Shown here in pieces: positions 22,545 to 34,164 of a DNA stretch of 34,164 nt. Made by a program: the position numbers and the translations under genes. The notes beneath the pieces are model-generated. The model was not told the origin of the DNA. It did not search any database and worked only from the letters and a program-made list of their open reading frames with translations. The stretch comes from Octopus bimaculoides (lineage: Eukaryota). The stretch covers positions 91,848,362 to 91,882,525 of the forward strand of contig NC_068985.1 in assembly GCF_001194135.2 (NCBI RefSeq), in the 5' to 3' direction. Position 1 is the first letter of the stretch. The number at the start of each line of letters is the position of its first letter.

Positions 22545-23523
22545 TCATATTTTGGCACAAGGCCAGCAATTTCGGTGTAGAGGAAATACGTCGATTACAT
22601 CATTCCCAGTGATCAACTGATACTTATTTTATCGACCCCGAAAGAAAGAAAGACAAAGTTGTCCGTGGCGGCAGATGAACACAGAACGTAAAGTATTACT
22701 TCCCCACCTCACCATCATACTTTTGTAATACCATTGCCAACGGATGGTAAGGAATCCAACGGAATTCAATTACTTAATCATTCTCGTTTCCCCAAATCTT
22801 GTCACCTCTTAGCGGTTTCCTTTCACTCATGTTATCAACGTCCTCAATCGGCCCTCTTGACCGCTCTTGTCTAATAATGTACTGCTTTCAAATTTTTTGG
22901 CACAAGGCCAGCGATTTTCGGGGAGAAGGCAAGTTGATTATTGGTATTATACTGTATGTACAACTGGTATTCATTTTATCGACTCCGAAAGCATAAAATC
23001 TAAAGTAAACGTCGGCGAAATTTGAACTCAGAACGTAAAACCAGACGAAATCCCGCTAAGCATTTTGCCCGACGTGCTAACGATTCTTCCAGCTCGCTCG
23101 CTTGTTCTTGTTTAATAATTTTTTGTTCTCAATTTTGTCTCAAGACCTGAAACTTTAAGGAAGCGGGTAAGCTGATTACACCTACCCCAGTGCTTAACTG
23201 GTACTTATTCTCTCGACCCCGAGAGAATGAAAGGTGAAGTCAACATCGGTAGCATTTAAGCACGGAACATTAAATCGGAAGAAATGCTGCTCAGCATTCT
23301 TCTCCGTTCTACGAACGATTCTGCCAGCTTGCCGCCTCTTCTTGTCGAAAATTGACATAATTTAAGGCGGTGAGCTGGCAGAAGCATTAGCACACCGGAC
23401 GAAATGCTTAGCGGTATTTCGTTTGTCTTTGCGTTCTGAGTTCAAACTCCGACAAGGTCAACTTTACCTTCCTTCCTTTCGAGGTCGAAAATTTCGGGCC
23501 TTTTGCCTAGAGTAGAAAAGAAT
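22545..23523. mobile_element. Cluster of four main-family SINEs: 22545-22700 (-), 22895-23101 (-), 23125-23338 (-), 23365-23523 (+)
   Basis: Family motifs are present in each copy. The last copy has an imperfect TSD, TTGACAT(A/C)ATTT. Confidence 0.8.
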
Positions 23524-24216
23524 ATTGACATCATTTTACATAAAATTCATTTACCCCCTATTGTAAATTTGTGACTCTTTTTTTTAATCTGGCAACGAGA
23601 TACAGAAAATGTATTTTCGAAGTTTCCTTGAAGAATTATGTTTGGCTGAAATTCATCGAATATTTTAATTTTAAATGAGATATTACGATGACTTATCTGC
23701 AATCATTTCGAGTTAACTTATCAATTATGTGGAACATTAGCGTATAAAGTTATAAATTGTCTTAAATGATAATAATACAGAATGTAATTTGACAGATTGA
23801 AGTAATTTATAAATCTTCAGTAGAAATCAGTGCATATTTGATATTATTTCTGCGATAATTACTGCTAAAAAGAGCCTTCCGACACGTTAGAAGATATATG
23901 GGTGTAGTGATTATAGCACCGTCCATTTGGTGTCGCTGATCCGACGCCGATTTATTTGACAGACGTTTTTATATGTATCTGAGTCTCTCCCTCCACCACC
24001 TTGCACTCGGGCTCTCTCTCTCTCTCTCTCTGAGCTTTAATCGAGAAGATTACTCTCTCAACTTATTTTTAAATCTGCCTCTTTTTCTGCTAGTCTTTTT
24101 TGTCATACCACTAATTTATGATGATGAAAGCAAAGCAACACCGTCTCTAATACGATGGCAGGTATACAATCGCAAACACGAATTCACACACGCACACACA
24201 TATACATATAGTCATA

Positions 24217-24785
24217 TACGACGGTGAGTCAAAAAGCAATGCCATTTTGTTTAGGACAGGTATAATTACCAACACAGGAACATGTATCATACATCAAAAT
24301 GAAGCTGGTCCTCTGTGGATCACATCCCTACTTCTCAACATAGTCATCGTTTCTCTCAGTAGCAATGTTCCACCTTCGAATGAGAGCATGTATCCCTGCC
24401 CCGTAAAATTCTGTTGACTGTTCTTTGAGCCACTTCTTTACTACAGTTTTCACTTACTCGTCACTGGAATAATGTTTACCTCTCAAACCCTCTTTCATGG
24501 GGCCGAAGAGATGATAGTCCAGTGACGATGATAGTCCAGTGACGAGAAAGGGACAGCTGTAGTGAAGAAGTGGCTCAGAGAACAGTCAACAGGATTTTAC
24601 GTGACAGGGATACATGCTCTAATTCGAACGTGGAACATTCTATTGAGAGAAACGGTAATTATGTTGAGAAGTAGGGATGTGATCCACAGAGGACCAACTT
24701 TATTTTGATGTATGATACATGTTCCTGTGTCGGTAATTATACCTGTCCTAAACAAAAGTGCATTACTTTTTGATATACCCTCGAA
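24217..24785. mobile_element. Fold-back mariner derivative: two transposase 3' ends joined as ~250-bp inverted arms
   Basis: The left arm (minus strand) encodes GPMKEGLRGKHYSSDE*VKTVVKKWLKEQSTEFYGAGIHALIRRWNIATERNDDYVEK*. The right arm encodes VVKKWLREQSTGFYVTGIHALIRTW. Both ends are TA-CGA(G/C)GG...TCAAAAAG mariner-type TIRs. Confidence 0.9.
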
Positions 24786-24849
24786 TACAAACACACATAC
24801 ACACACATATACATACGTTCATATATGTATATATATATATATATATACA

Positions 24850-25022
24850 GAAGATGGGCTTCCATATAGATTCCGTCTACCAAATTCATTCATAAAAGTC
24901 TGGCCCAGCCAGGGCTACAGTAGGAGACGCTGTCCTAAGCTGCCATTCAGTGGGACCGAAATCAAAACCCCTATGGTTGCTAAGCGAACCACTTAATCAC
25001 ATAGCCACGCCAGCGCCTGATA
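24850..25022 (-). mobile_element. Decayed head of the second SINE family
   Basis: Homologous to the reverse complement of 18588-18745. Confidence 0.7.
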
Positions 25023-25589
25023 TAGTGAATGAATGCAAATAAATACTTGAACAACGAGACATGTCTATTGCAGAATTAGTCAATAGAACTCAAGGTAATT
25101 TGTGATGGCCTGCGTTGGGAAATCTTGAATTAGTTTAAAGTAGAGAAGAGGAAACGCCTAACATTTTGGGAAGGTATCTATGAAAGATTCTATGATATAT
25201 GAGGTTTCTTCTTCCTCGCAACAAACGAATTTCTTCCCTTTTCACGTGTTATTATGTATTGACGATGATACCAGGCGAATAGTTTGTAATGGATTATTTG
25301 AATCTCTTAAAGCTATTATTTAGCGTTATAAAAGACAGTACTTGTCGAAAACAGCCTAACTCAGTGGTACAGAACATTCGACTAGAATTTGAGATGTAGA
25401 TTTCGATTCCCTAAGCGTCCTGCTACCCACTTTTTTTCCCCGTCTTCTAAGAGTATTTACCCGATCTTCTAAGCTGTTTTTACAACTCTCCTCCGTTCGA
25501 AATTTCTTTTATTTTCCGTAAAATAATAATAGAGATTTTGAAATATTCTCTAAATATAAAATTGGTGATAATAAATTCTTTCTTTGTAA

Positions 25590-25720
25590 TCCCATGTCAG
25601 AATGAGCGACAGTAGAATTCCAAAAGTTCTCGTGTGTAGCCAGTTCTATGACAGGAGAAGCGTCGGAAGACCATGGGTCTGATATACTGCGTTTTTCGTC
25701 ATGATGCCGTGAATAGACAG
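25590..25720 (+). mobile_element. Decayed RTE-type LINE C-terminal fragment
   Basis: HVRMSDSRIPKVLVCSQFYDRRSVGRPWV*Y matches the RTE motif GHV-x-RM-x-D-x-RIPK-x-L-x-x-G-x-L-x-x-G-x-RS-x-GRP-x-x-RY. Confidence 0.65.
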
Positions 25721-26454
25721 CTGCAAGATTTTATCCCAGAACGCAAAATCCACAGATGAGACCCCAAAAGACATGTTGTCCGTTGCTATAACAATTCTGC
25801 TTCTCCAATGGACTGACCAGTTGTTACTTAAATTATCTACCCGGAAAAGATAACGAAGGTGATCTTAATCGTATTTGAACTCTGTTCGCAGATAACCGCA
25901 CAGATACCACAAGACAATTCAATTCGACGCATCAGCGACTCCTCTAGTTTACCAATTTGACGGGTAATTCTTATGGAGACAAAACAAAACAAAGATTTTT
26001 GGTTTGTTTTTTAAAAAATCATCTGCTCAATTATGCATTTGATAAGCGTCCGGCTCCAGCTGAAAGATAAAGTATTTCTAGATGCAACGGTTACTCTCTC
26101 GCTGTGTTGTACGATTCCGATGGCATACAATTTGTTTTGTGTTCATCTCGGATATTCCTTATCTGCTATTCCTTAAAATAGCACTATCTTCTTGTTGATA
26201 CGTTTATCTCTTCAGTTGCTAGGAACGATGAAGCATGGAAATGTATTTGCAATATAGCATTATATGATATTGGTTATCAGAGCAGCAACGGTTTACTATG
26301 TTCTGTTCGTAGGTCCACAATACGATTAATAACAGGAAACGCACACCCACTCAATGCATACGTACATACACATACACACATACACACACAAATATATACA
26401 AATATACATATGTGTATATATATATGCAAACATAGAAAGCCATACATAAATACA

Positions 26455-26500
<46 letters not shown>

Positions 26501-27289
26501 AGAGAGAGAGAAAGAGAGAGTGTGGGGAGAAGAAATCTGATTGCACCTGTAGTTTAGCCATGGTATTTGTTGGATTACAAGAATGGCGGAAAGGATATCA
26601 ATTCCAGATATTAATTTTCTAGCTGATTTCAGCTACACGTAGCCGCCGAAAATGTTTCATGTATTTTATAAAGATGTTCGTATTTCTTGAAAGACCAGAT
26701 ATAACAGGACTACGATTTAATGACACAGGTGATTTGTTTCTAATATTTTTAGTGTTGTTTCAATGCAAATAAAACAAGCTTTGCTGTAACGAAAAAGTAT
26801 AGGAATATCTAAAAGCATCTGGATAGCGTCAATAATTATTCTTCAGCAGATACAACCATTGGTAAGAACCAAACCTGGAACCTCTACCTCATCTTGTCAT
26901 CAGCTACATATATTAAAATACGCATTTCAGATCACACGCTCAATATGCTTAAAATCACGTTGTTTGATGTAAAGCCAGATTCGGAATCTCAATGAAGGAC
27001 ATCATATGGACAGATATAACATCTTCGTCAAAGAAATGCGCAGTCTGAGTTCATGCCGAGGTAGACTACAGCAACAATAAGCGCCAAAAGAGTAATATAA
27101 GTATTAATAGTCAGATACGCGCAGTTACAAATGAGCACGAGTGAAGCTTTATACTTTATAAAATCCGACTTGTTAACCTCTTCGTTGTTCATTGAGCTGC
27201 TACAGTTATCAACAGATCTTCTTCAAATTGAACCCTACCTTGTTCAAAATGAGGTCAAAATTAGATGTTATTGTCCAAAATAGGCAATA

Positions 27290-27430
27290 CCCAAGAGGAG
27301 GCCGCGACGCGCGTGGCGAAAACCTTAAACAATGTAGGGCTATTCATTCAGGGATGACATCACCCTAAATAATGAAGAAGGAATTTCAACCATGTTTCGT
27401 GGTCTGCTACCACAACAGCTCCTTTATAGG
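27290..27430 (+). mobile_element. Possible decayed Penelope-like RT fragment
   Basis: Two frames give VAKTLNNVGLFI and DDITLNNEEGISTMFRGLLPQQLL, resembling the PLE RT motif AK-x-FNNT-x-RYIDDL-x-x-LNN...IYP-x-EL with a frameshift. Confidence 0.35.
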
Positions 27431-27637
27431 ATCCAGTTAGCTCAAGACATCATCAGGAGGAACCACGTCTGATTTCGGCCCCTACTACTCTACCGTTTTG
27501 ACGTGGAAACAATGATTATTCTCTTTATAGAGGTTAGTATTAATTTCATTATTTTCTGTAACCACCAAGAAATTGCTTAAAAGCTAAATTATAAATAATG
27601 TTTGCTATATTACCTGATTCCAACTATATTCTTTTCT

Positions 27638-28609
27638 ATTCTTTTCTATTCTAATGCCCGGAATTTGGGGGTGGGGGAGTCAGTGGATTAGATCGACCCA
27701 GTACGCAACTGGTACTTTATTTATCGACCCCAAAAGAATGAAATGCAAAATCCACGTCGGCGAGATTTGATCACAGAAAATAAAGACAGACGAAATACTG
27801 CTAAACATTTCGCCCGGCGTGCTAACGTTTCTGCCAGCTCACCGCCTTAAAATATGAATATACTCATTCTACTCTAGGAAGAAGGCCCAAAATTTTGGGG
27901 AAGGGACCAGTCGATTAGATCAACCCCAGAACGGAGCTGGTACTTAATATATCGCTGCTGAAAGGATGAAAAGCAAAGTCGACCTCGGTGGAATTTGAAA
28001 TCAGAAAGTAAAGACAGATGAAATAAGCATAAGCATTTCACCCGGCGTGCTAACGCTTCTGCCAGCTCACCGCCTTTGATTCCACCTGTATTGGCAACAG
28101 AATACTTCCAAAGTTACCCTGATGTATGGTAGGTCAATAATATATATAATTTTATTGCCCACTGGGGACTAAACACAGAGAGGTAAACAAGGAGAGACAA
28201 AGAGATTAAGTCGATTACATCGACCCCGGTGCGTAACTAGTACTTATTTAATCGACCCCGGAACGCTGAAAAGCAAAGTAGACCTCGGTGGAATTTTAAC
28301 TCGGAACGTAACGGCAGACAACATACCGCCAAGTATTTCGCCCGGCGTGCTAACGCCTCTGCCAGCTCTCCGCTTTTGATTCCACCTCTATTATTTTCTA
28401 CTCTAGGCACAAGGCCCGAAATTAGTGAGGGGGGGGGGAGCAGTCGATTAGATCGACCTCAGTACACAACTGGTACTTAATTTATCGACCCCGAAAGAAT
28501 GGAAGGCAAAGTCGACGTCGGTGGAAATTGAACTCAGAAAGTAAAGACAAACGAAATAACCCTAAGCTTATCGCCCAGCGTGCTAACGCTTCTGCCAGCT
28601 CGCCACCTT
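27638..28609 (-). mobile_element. Array of four same-orientation main-family SINEs (27638-27848, 27864-28076, 28150-28376, 28395-28609)
   Basis: Each copy has the cgcccggcgtgctaacg..ctgccagctc(a/g/t)ccgcc head. The third copy has a different tail (ggggactaaacacagagagg). Confidence 0.9.
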
Positions 28610-29544
28610 CGATTCTACCTGTAGTGTCAAAAGAATATTTCCAAAGTTACGCTGATGAATGGCGGTTCAATAATATATGCTTCTTATTATAATATAAGAT
28701 AAATAATATAGGCTTTTTATTTACCCAGAACGGCATTGTGAGTTATACCCTGCGTTAATCTGTATTTGAATACCTTTTATGTATAATGTTATCCGTTAGA
28801 AGCAATATATTTGCATATTCTTTCGTTATTTATGTTTTTGATGTTTGCTTGCATACCAATGGTTACTTTTTTCAATTTCCTGGCGCCGATGCTAAACAAG
28901 GCAGTGTTTCAAACTAATTTATCAATATTCAAAGTTTACTTATCATATCTGTGGAATCATTGCTGTTACGTTTGCAAAAGAATTCATGCTGGCAGATATG
29001 CAATACACGAACAAACCAGTTGCATCACGTGTCAATATTTTTAATGAAATTAATACTTTGAAATATATTTCATTACACAGCTATATGTAAATGTCATTTC
29101 AGTTTAGAAGCTGTGCTATGTTAACGTATAGAAATATTAAGAGAAGCAAGAATCGTCTTCAGCAATGTTTATTTATAACACTAAACATGATTAATTTACA
29201 TAATGCACGATTTGGAAAATTTGTTTTATGTAGGAAACAGAAATATAGAATTTCAAAGGATAAGATCTGAAAGATTTCTACATTAAAACATAGGTGACAG
29301 TTACGACAGAATTAATCACTTAGAGAGACAGTTGAAGTTTGAATATAAACTCACGAAGTTTATCTACAGAAACATTGTTTTCTGTCTGCAATATGTTGTA
29401 ACCCACAAGACACCTCAATTCCGTTTTATAGAAAAACCAAGATGTTTCAAACTTTTCCCATGAAAATTTTAGTTGCGAAAATTAAACTTTTCTTTTGTAA
29501 TTCATACCGTTTATCACACACTAATGTCATAGATGCTTAGCAGA

Positions 29545-29562
29545 ATATTATCAAAATTATTA

Positions 29563-29636
<74 letters not shown>
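29545..29636. repeat. (ATT)n microsatellite
   Basis: Direct reading. Confidence 0.98.
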
Positions 29637-29638
<2 letters not shown>

Positions 29639-30689
29639 CCAACGGCAAATATCTTTAGTCAATATTACAAATAATAATAGTAATAATATTCGTCAGTGAT
29701 ATGGCTTTTGAAGTTAAAGATTCTAGGTGAAATTGCGAGAGGCCATCTACTATGAATTAGTAGCACCGGATGAAACATTTATACTAACATTAAAGAGATA
29801 CAGGTATAGATCTGTGCATTAAGAATAAATACTATTTTATTCAAAAACGTCCTATTATATACATTTCCCGCAGCTTATATTTGTTGTTCCATGTGCATGT
29901 TTCCGCCTAGATATGACTTTATACCGACGCATTATGTGAATATATGAGTATATAAAAGCATATATTTGTTACTTTATAAAGTTTGAACTAATATATATAT
30001 ATACACATATATATAGGATTCACTTTTATGCTACACTAATACTACACTAATACTAAATGTGTAAACTTTGAATTTAGAACTTTACAGAGCCAATGTAAAG
30101 GATTAAACCCAATGAAATCATAAATAACTAAAGCTAATTACACATTCACTGCCTGCAAACTTCATCTACGTACGCCATTTTTGTGAACCACTGATAGACA
30201 AAACAACCCCATGACCTAAGGCTGGCACATCTAAATATACACACTTGTTTACAAAGTTTTATACGTATGAATAAATTCTAAACAACAATATAACCCTAAC
30301 TTTAATCAATAAAGAGTTTTCATCAAAACATCTTTCCATCTCAACCCACCCTACGAACGAGTTACCATTCACATGAGCCAACATAGTCTCATGATGGCTT
30401 AGCTGGCTCAAACGTTGAAGTCAATGTCAATAATATTCTTGTTAAAGAATAAAACATGTACACTACACATGGGGAATAATTCTTCAGGTTAATGTTAATT
30501 TGTTTATATTATAACTGAATCTAAAAACATANNNNNNNNNNNNNNNNNNNNNNNNNNNNNNNNNNNNNNNNNNNNNNNNNNNNNNNNNNNNNNNNNNNNN
30601 NNNNNNNNNNNNNNNNNNNNNNNNNNNNNNNNNNNNNNNNNNNNNNNNNNNNNNNNNNNNNNNNNNNNNATATATATATCGATATAAAT

Positions 30690-30912
30690 AGAAAGACAGA
30701 CAGACAGATGGACGGACAGACTGACAGACAAATAGATAGATAGATAGATAGATAGATAGACAGACGAACGGACAGACAGACAGACATACAGATATATAGA
30801 TAGATGACACATATATAGATTGATTGATTGGTAGACAAATAGATATATAGGCAGGCACATAGAAGGACGGACAGGCAGACACACAGACAGACAGACATAG
30901 ATAGATAGATAG
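30690..30912. repeat. Compound (GATA)/(GACA)/(GACG) microsatellite
   Basis: Direct reading. Confidence 0.95.
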
Positions 30913-31239
30913 TTATCCATCGAGAAATACGTATAGGCATTCAGTTATTGCATCAATTCCGTTTACTTCTTGGAATTAATATGTGAAGTAGCTGAGTATC
31001 TCTAAGAAGCATGTACCTTTAATGTAATATGTAACAAGTATCAATAAGATGCAGATGAGCAAGATTCGTACCGTTCATCTGACAACGGTTTTCCGCGCGT
31101 TTTCCACTTCCATATTTCGATCAAAACACTGTGGCAATCAACACTATGGTGATGCTTGCAACAAGGGAGATGTACTTGGCAAAGAATAGCCGAGAGAGTG
31201 GAAGAGGTATTAATCGGTTGACTCGTTTAGTCTAGTATA

Positions 31240-31460
31240 GAAGGCGGCGAGTTGGCACAAACGTTAGCACGCCGGGCGAAGTGCTTAGCGGTATTTCGTT
31301 TGTCTTTACGTTCTGCGTTCAAATTCCGCCGCGGTCGACTTTGCCTTTCATCCTTTCGGAGTCAATAAATTAAGTAGCAGTTGCGTCCTGGGGGCCAATC
31401 TAATCGACAGGCCCCGTCCCCCAAAATTTCGGCCCTTGTGCCTTGAGTAGAAAAGATTTC
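31240..31460 (+). mobile_element. Full-length main-family tRNA-derived SINE with TSD
   Basis: Head ggcggcgagttggcacaaacg (A-box), gttcaaattcc (B-box), tail gagtagaaaaga. TSD GTCTAGTATA at 31230-31239 and 31461-31470. Confidence 0.93.
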
Positions 31461-32001
31461 GTCTAGTATACAATTATATCATAGAAAGATTTGAACTCAG
31501 AACGCAAGCCGCCTCAACGAATGGTTCTAGGCAGATGGTCCGATGTTCTTTACAGTTCTACTAAGTCTCGGTTGATACTTTTCTTTCAAACCCGAGAGTA
31601 TATAAAAGATAGAATTTGAACTTACAGCGCTGCGAATCAGAACAAATATTGAAAATCTGCCGCCGTAATGGCTTGCCAACTATTTAACAGCAAGTCAAAT
31701 TTAATAAACTCATCTCATTTGTGTAAAGATATGGAGATATTTTTAAACGAAATTTCCATGTACAAATATANNNNNNNNNNNNNNNNNNNNNNNNNNNNNN
31801 NNNNNNNNNNNNNNNNNNNNNNNNNNNNNNNNNNNNNNNNNNNNNNNNNNNNNNNNNNNNNNNNNNNNNNNNNNNNNNNNNNNNNNNNNNNNNNNNNNNN
31901 NNNNNNNNNNNNNNNNNNNNNNNNNNNNNNNNNNNNNNNNNNNNNNNNNNNNNNNNNNNNNNNNNNNNNNNNNNNNNNNNNNNNNNNNNNNNNNNNNNNN
32001 N

Positions 32002-32034
<33 letters not shown>

Positions 32035-32324
32035 TATATGTGTGTGGGGGTGGGGGGGTGTCAGCGGAATCGTCTTAGGAGTAATGAGCATATTTTCGCT
32101 AATTGTTTTAGGCGCCTGGAAGTCGCAAGCAATCATTGATACTCTAGTGCCATCCCACGCTTGATTCAGCAGACATCGTAGTTGTGAAAGCTGGCGGAAG
32201 AAAGGGCTGCACCAGAAATAAGTTGACGCATATTTTCAGCTGAATACAGTGGATTAAAGGGAAATGATGCACCTTGCCAAATGTTACAGCCACTTCGCTT
32301 TCCAAACACCAAGCAGTACACACA

Positions 32325-32610
32325 TACATACATCATGTGATCTCGTGACCGATCTGACTATCAGATGTTTTTACATATCGATGCTCACAGTGCGCTTTTT
32401 GCATTGTTTTAGCCTTCAAATGACGCCACCTCGCTGGCTAGGCGAGTGGACTGACAGCCCCACCTACCATCACGATCGAAAGCGGGACTAGAGCCAGGAG
32501 AAATAAAGTGCTTTGCTCAAGAACACAATGTGCCACAGAGACAGAGAATCGAACCCACGATCTAGCGACTGTGAGTGCGACTGCATAACCACTTGGCCAC
32601 GCACCGTCAT
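32325..32610 (-). mobile_element. tRNA-derived SINE (third family)
   Basis: The minus strand reads gcgtggccaagtggtta (A-box)...gtgggttcgattc (B-box)...ttcttgagcaaagcactttatttc. Confidence 0.8.
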
Positions 32611-32639
32611 ATATGCTTAAATTAAATTCATGCATACAT

Positions 32640-32925
32640 AATTCCAATGAAGGAGTCTTGCACCTACGTTAGAAACCGGTTCTTTCTCTATTGACAAAGC
32701 CTCTTGAAAGAAAACATACATACCTACATAGATACATATATACATACGTACATCCATCCATCCATCAGTCCATACATACATACATACATACATACATACA
32801 TACAAACAAACAAAAATACCCTGTTGTTGATGTTGAATTTCCAATGAAAGAGCACTGGATCTAGGTTAGAAATCGGTTCTTTCTCTATTGACAAGAACTC
32901 TTGAAATATATTGAATACATACATA
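32640..32925 (+). mobile_element. Two tandem copies of the (CATA)n-tailed repeat also seen at 4623-5058
   Basis: attccaatgaagga...aggttagaaaccggttctttctctattg(a/g)caag is repeated, with (CATA)n between and after the copies. Confidence 0.75.
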
Positions 32926-32949
32926 CAGTCTCTGACTGTCACATTGTAT

Positions 32950-33173
32950 TACCGATAGAATATCTGCTGAACAATAACGAAAATTAATACATTGCGTGTA
33001 AGGCTCAAAAATGAGAGGAACCACATTTTCAAAGGAAGAATAGCTGAGCAGGTACTCTCAGTCTCATGTGACACAAGAGGGGCTGGGCTGTCCCAGATAA
33101 ACGCAAGCTTGCAGAAACAAGCATCATAGCAGCAGAAAACAATGTATGGATACGTTTCCCGTAAGTAAGAGAG

Positions 33174-33225
<52 letters not shown>

Positions 33226-34080
33226 ACAGCAGCATTGATAGCGTTGACATGAAGAGAAGACACTTCTGGACCTGCAATTGATACATTACATCCCACCAAG
33301 AAGGATACCCCTTCACTCTCGAAGAATAGGTGATAGCTACGAAATGCCTGATAAACAAGTTAGACAAAAATACAATCAAACATCTACGTTGAGATAGAAA
33401 ATAGCTATGCTATTGAAAATGTCACTAACACCATCAGCAGCGGCGACAACCACATGTCTACGAGATATTATCTACGCCTGAGGCATGATGGTTTCAGGAA
33501 TAATTGATGTGACGTATACGTTAAAGACATGCCCAAACCGAAATATATTCGTACGTTTCAAGACAAGATTAAAGTGGAAACACCTGCAATCCGGTGCAAA
33601 CACAATAGACCTGGTACCGTTCTGTGGGACAGGAACAAACACCTTTTATAGAAAACAGCTGCCCACCGGATGTGAATGTACCATCAAGAGTCCAGGTAAA
33701 AAGGAACATTTTAGGTGAATTAAGCTGGAACTTACAAATATTGCACCCTGCCAATCAATTTTCGGTTGTACGTACCGTCATAGGTGCGTAGGGCTTTGTA
33801 CCTAGAGTTTTAGATAAAAATCTGCAATTAGTAGGATTTTCGAAGAAATAGCAATAGAAATTGATGCGCATTTTCCGTATCCCATATGTTAGCTGCATAA
33901 GGACTTGTAAGATATTGCAGATATTTCTCCCCTGAAATTCTTTAGATGAACAGATGCACGCACTTGGGTGTGTATATCGATAGCTCAACCAACAGACCGA
34001 CTCAACCACATATTTACGAAAGACGGGGAACTTTCTTACCTCAAAAAGTCTTGTCGCTTGTTCAGTAACCGGCTTTGACT
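32950..34080 (+). mobile_element. Degenerate RLE-type (R4/Dong-like) non-LTR retrotransposon, 3' portion, interrupted by (GA)n at about 33170-33221
   Basis: Frameshifted motifs occur in the expected order: KTMYGYVSRK; YITSHQEGY...IATKCLINK; a decayed zinc-knuckle region ENVTNTISS...RYYLRLRHD; HNRPGTVLWDR (PD-like); CPPDVNV...VIGA*GFVP...KILQIFL. The 3' UTR boundary is approximate. Confidence 0.85.
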
Positions 34081-34116
34081 CTCTTAAGTACTTCAATGAT
34101 TTTCAAAGCAAAGCAT

Positions 34117-34119
<3 letters not shown>

Positions 34120-34164
<45 letters not shown>
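34120..34164. repeat. (CA)n microsatellite at the window end
   Basis: Direct reading. Confidence 0.98.

Noticed and set aside
25355-25420. tRNA-like sequence (also the SINE heads)
   Set aside because: No intact cloverleaf. These are decayed tRNA-derived SINE heads, not tRNA genes.
34041-34091. Minus-strand exon-like segment YLRESKPVTEQATRLFE with GAG|GTAAGA donor, in phase with 22108
   Set aside because: It lies antisense within the probable 3' UTR of the RLE retrotransposon, and it shows how easily phase-compatible chains arise by chance.

Overview
AT-rich, repeat-dominated eukaryotic DNA with 7 N-gaps. From recall of the repeat families, the SINE consensus points to an octopod cephalopod (Octopus-like); this is recognition, not a database result. 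No intact gene or RNA gene can be identified, and most listed ORFs are microsatellite or N-run artefacts. Supported features: an internally deleted Helitron (Rep fragment plus 3' hairpin-CTAG end); about 16 copies of one tRNA-derived SINE, many in tandem clusters; other SINE families; two remnants of RLE-type (R4/Dong-like) non-LTR retrotransposons; decayed RTE- and Penelope-like fragments; a fold-back mariner derivative; a hAT-like MITE; and many microsatellites. The most interesting signals are a minimal hammerhead-ribozyme motif in a Penelope-like repeat nested with a (TAA)n-embedded R4/Dong 3' end, an unclassified retroposon end always embedded in (CATA)n, a perfect 41-bp inverted repeat, and SINE multimers with shared TSDs or flanks. 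Several splice-compatible exon candidates occur on both strands, but none is confirmed. I found no evidence sufficient to claim a new biological system.
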